A stretch of 56,938 nt of DNA from a virus (taxonomy: Duplodnaviria > Caudoviricetes): positions 1 through 56,938 of the IMG/VR virus record IMGVR_UViG_3300033067_000643; one strand, written 5' to 3'. The notes beneath the pieces are model-generated. The model made no database searches. It had not been told where the DNA came from and saw only the letters and a program-made list of their open reading frames with translations. Within the stretch, counting starts at the first letter, position 1; every line of letters begins with the position of its first letter. Position numbers and translations under genes: made by a program. This document shows, one piece after another, positions 54,776 through 56,938 of the stretch.

Positions 54776-56425
54776 TTAAATCAAAAAGAACTCAGCGTCG
54801 GCAACCGTTTCTTCATTGATTGCGCCACTGAATGCCATGACACCAGCAACGATTCCGTCAACCGTCCTGAAGTCTCCATGCTTCTGTTTGATGGGTCTAA
54901 TGTTCTGGTTGTAATCAGATTTGACCCGCACATTTCCAGCCTGCCACGTCAGCACCGGGTTGCCGTTGTGATGTAGCCTGTGCTCTACAATGGCGTTCTC
55001 GTATGCCACTGTCGCGGCAGTGAAGCCCATTATGCTTTGTGCAAACGGATTTTGTTTCTCTGCCGGCATTCCGTCCTCTTCCCGTAGCCTCTGCATTAGC
55101 TGTGCGGCATAAGTCTCGTCATACGACAAGCTCTTGATGTCGAATTTGTCTAGGCAATCTAAAATGGTCCCGCGAACGAATCCATAATCAGTCTCGTTGC
55201 CGGAAGTGAGCGTAATAAATCCCCTGTCTGCCCATTCGAGATATCTAACTTGATCCCGCAAATCGTGCGCTCTGTCTTTTGGAAGCCAGTAATATGCAAT
55301 CTGCTTGAACGTTCCGTCGTCTTCCGGGAACACAAGAACTAGTGCCGTAGTGTCCCGAGTCTTTGCTAAGTCCAATCCCGCCCAGCACGGACGGCCCATT
55401 AGGCTCTCGACAGAGAACGCACGCTTGCATTGCTCCCAATCGCCGCCCTTTAACCACGGATTGGAACTCTGCTGCCAGATGTTGAGGCGGTACATCTTGA
55501 ACCGCAGGAACTCGGTCAACGAAGCGCGGCTTGAGTTGTAGTCCGCCAAGTACTCTTCTTCGCCAACCGTGTGGCCCCATGCTGGGTTGGCCATTTTGCC
55601 GTATTTGATTGGGTCCGCGGCTAGGTCAAAATCGCTCAAGTCTTGGGGGGCTTCCCACGACATAAACAGGAAGTTCTCGTCGGTAATGTCTCCACGCTCT
55701 ACCGACTTTCCGTAGTCATACCGCTTGCGTCCGTAGCTCTCTGGATCATCACCGGCCGTCGACACCTCTATCTGCAATGGCTCGCTGCGAGATATACCGG
55801 CCCGAGACACGCGGCCCATAAACGCTTCATCCACAACGTGAACTTCGTCGACGAGAATGCTGCCGTTGAGTCCCTCTTTTGATTTCTGCGACCGAGAATC
55901 ACCGGACGAAAGCGGCTTTAAGATTGAACGTGTTTCCAGGTGCGTCATCTGCATCTGAGTTCGGTCGATCTTGCACGACTCCGACAACTCATCGGATGAC
56001 ATCACCATTTCGATAGCGTGCTTTCCAGCAATCTCTCGGGCTTGCGAACCATCCTTAGCACAAAAGAAAACTTTTTGCCCTGGTTCTCCGTCGCCAGCCC
56101 ACAAGTACAGACCCCACGACGCGAGTGTGGGGCTTTTTTTGTTCTTCTTAGGCACGAAGAAACAAGCCTGCCGAAACCGCCTAATCTCCCTCTTCCATCT
56201 GGCGGATGACTTGACCCAGCCAAACATTTGCATCGTTGCTTCATAGGCCCAATCGGTGACGGTCAATGGCTGTCCGGCCCATTCCCCCTCATAGAGCCTG
56301 CAATAGCGCTCAATCCAATCGACAACGAACTGCCCTCGCGCCTCATCGAAGCGACAGCCATTAGCGGCCGCGCGTTCGTCTGCGACGTTTCGAACCCATC
56401 GTTGCGTAGCTGCGTCTATGCTCAT
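54776..56425 (-). CDS. terL: Terminase large subunit
   Basis: RRFR, PKKNKKS, Walker B ILVDEVH, STAG, ANPA, GLDLA...D, VDG.VA..MA. Confidence 0.96.
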   Translation of the reverse strand: MSIDAATQRWVRNVADERAAANGCRFDEARGQFVVDWIERYCRLYEGEWAGQPLTVTDWAYEATMQMFGWVKSSARWKREIRRFRQACFFVPKKNKKSPTLASWGLYLWAGDGEPGQKVFFCAKDGSQAREIAGKHAIEMVMSSDELSESCKIDRTQMQMTHLETRSILKPLSSGDSRSQKSKEGLNGSILVDEVHVVDEAFMGRVSRAGISRSEPLQIEVSTAGDDPESYGRKRYDYGKSVERGDITDENFLFMSWEAPQDLSDFDLAADPIKYGKMANPAWGHTVGEEEYLADYNSSRASLTEFLRFKMYRLNIWQQSSNPWLKGGDWEQCKRAFSVESLMGRPCWAGLDLAKTRDTTALVLVFPEDDGTFKQIAYYWLPKDRAHDLRDQVRYLEWADRGFITLTSGNETDYGFVRGTILDCLDKFDIKSLSYDETYAAQLMQRLREEDGMPAEKQNPFAQSIMGFTAATVAYENAIVEHRLHHNGNPVLTWQAGNVRVKSDYNQNIRPIKQKHGDFRTVDGIVAGVMAFSGAINEETVADAEFFLI

Positions 56426-56895
56426 CCCGTCCTGTTTCTCGAAATAACCGTGGCCTTCTTCTTGCCGTTGACCTGCTTGCCGTTTCGGGCCGTTGGATTG
56501 AGCCAAAACACATCTGCGTACCGCTTGATCTTGTCTAGCAAGGCATTCTTCTGGCCAACGGCAGGGTGTAAGCAGATGTAGCCCTTTTCCGTGTGGAAAA
56601 ACTCTCCCTCTCTGTCAATCACTTCCTGATATTTAGCCAAATCGTCGTAGCACTTGCAGAATGCGACAAACTCCCAAACGTCCAACTCAGTGAAGTAACC
56701 GGCATCCACCATCAACGGTACATGCTTCTCCCACATTCGCTTGCCATCCGGCCCGAGTTCATCAGGTGGATCAGCAAATGCTGTTACCGCTGGTGCGTCA
56801 GGCGACAAAGCAGGGTCTCCGTCACGGTCAACGCGATGCGTGCCCTCCAATATCTTCATGGCGATAGGGGCCGCTTTCGGCCCACGTCTTCCCAT
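56422..56895 (-). CDS. terS: Terminase small subunit, P27 family
   Basis: MGRRGPK..P..K.LEG; PP..L; HPAV; L.P.AR. Confidence 0.93.
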   Translation of the reverse strand: MGRRGPKAAPIAMKILEGTHRVDRDGDPALSPDAPAVTAFADPPDELGPDGKRMWEKHVPLMVDAGYFTELDVWEFVAFCKCYDDLAKYQEVIDREGEFFHTEKGYICLHPAVGQKNALLDKIKRYADVFWLNPTARNGKQVNGKKKATVISRNRTG

Positions 56896-56938
56896 CCCTA
56901 ACCCCCCACCCAAAAACTTGCCAAAAAATGTGCGAGAC

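Larger units (their letters stand above)
1..56938 (-). mobile_element. Temperate tailed phage (siphovirus-like, HK97 head), apparently a complete non-integrated genome
   Basis: Complete packaging, head, tail, integration, replication and recombination modules. HNH lies at one end and terS at the other, attP is intact, and no host housekeeping genes are seen. Confidence 0.93.

Noticed and set aside
1-56938. Genome-wide TAG reassignment
   Set aside because: Many genes end cleanly at TAG (for example 452, 998, 8348, 28798, 47928), and only one internal amber was found; no suppressor tRNA was seen

Overview
The window looks like one essentially complete ~57 kb temperate siphovirus genome with an HK97-type head. 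It is probably linear and cos-ended, and the host is inferred (not shown) to be a planctomycete. Almost all genes are on the minus strand. Read from the right end, the order is: terS, terL, portal, prohead protease, a nucleotide-enzyme cassette, major capsid, head/neck genes (with a GT-like enzyme and a SAM methyltransferase inserted), two near-identical tail tube genes, a frameshifting chaperone, a short tape measure and tail tip genes. A small plus-strand island carries a tyrosine integrase and an intact attP containing the 5' half of tRNA-Gly(CCC). The early operon holds a DUF1580 xis-like gene, a C5 methyltransferase with an overprinted M.EcoHK31I-beta-like frame, vWA-TerB-TerC, csrA, a tRNA-like RNA with a broken anticodon loop, RecE/RecT-like genes, initiator with iterons, and RuvC. 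After it come a late envelope/lysis block with no recognisable muramidase or amidase endolysin (beta-helix protein, permuted NlpC/P60, Cys-rich peptide, thioredoxin-trypsin fusion, PLD, holin-like) and a second virion block (sialidase-LamG, Rcc01079-like head-spike base, HNH). All family calls come from motif recognition by eye; no searches were run.
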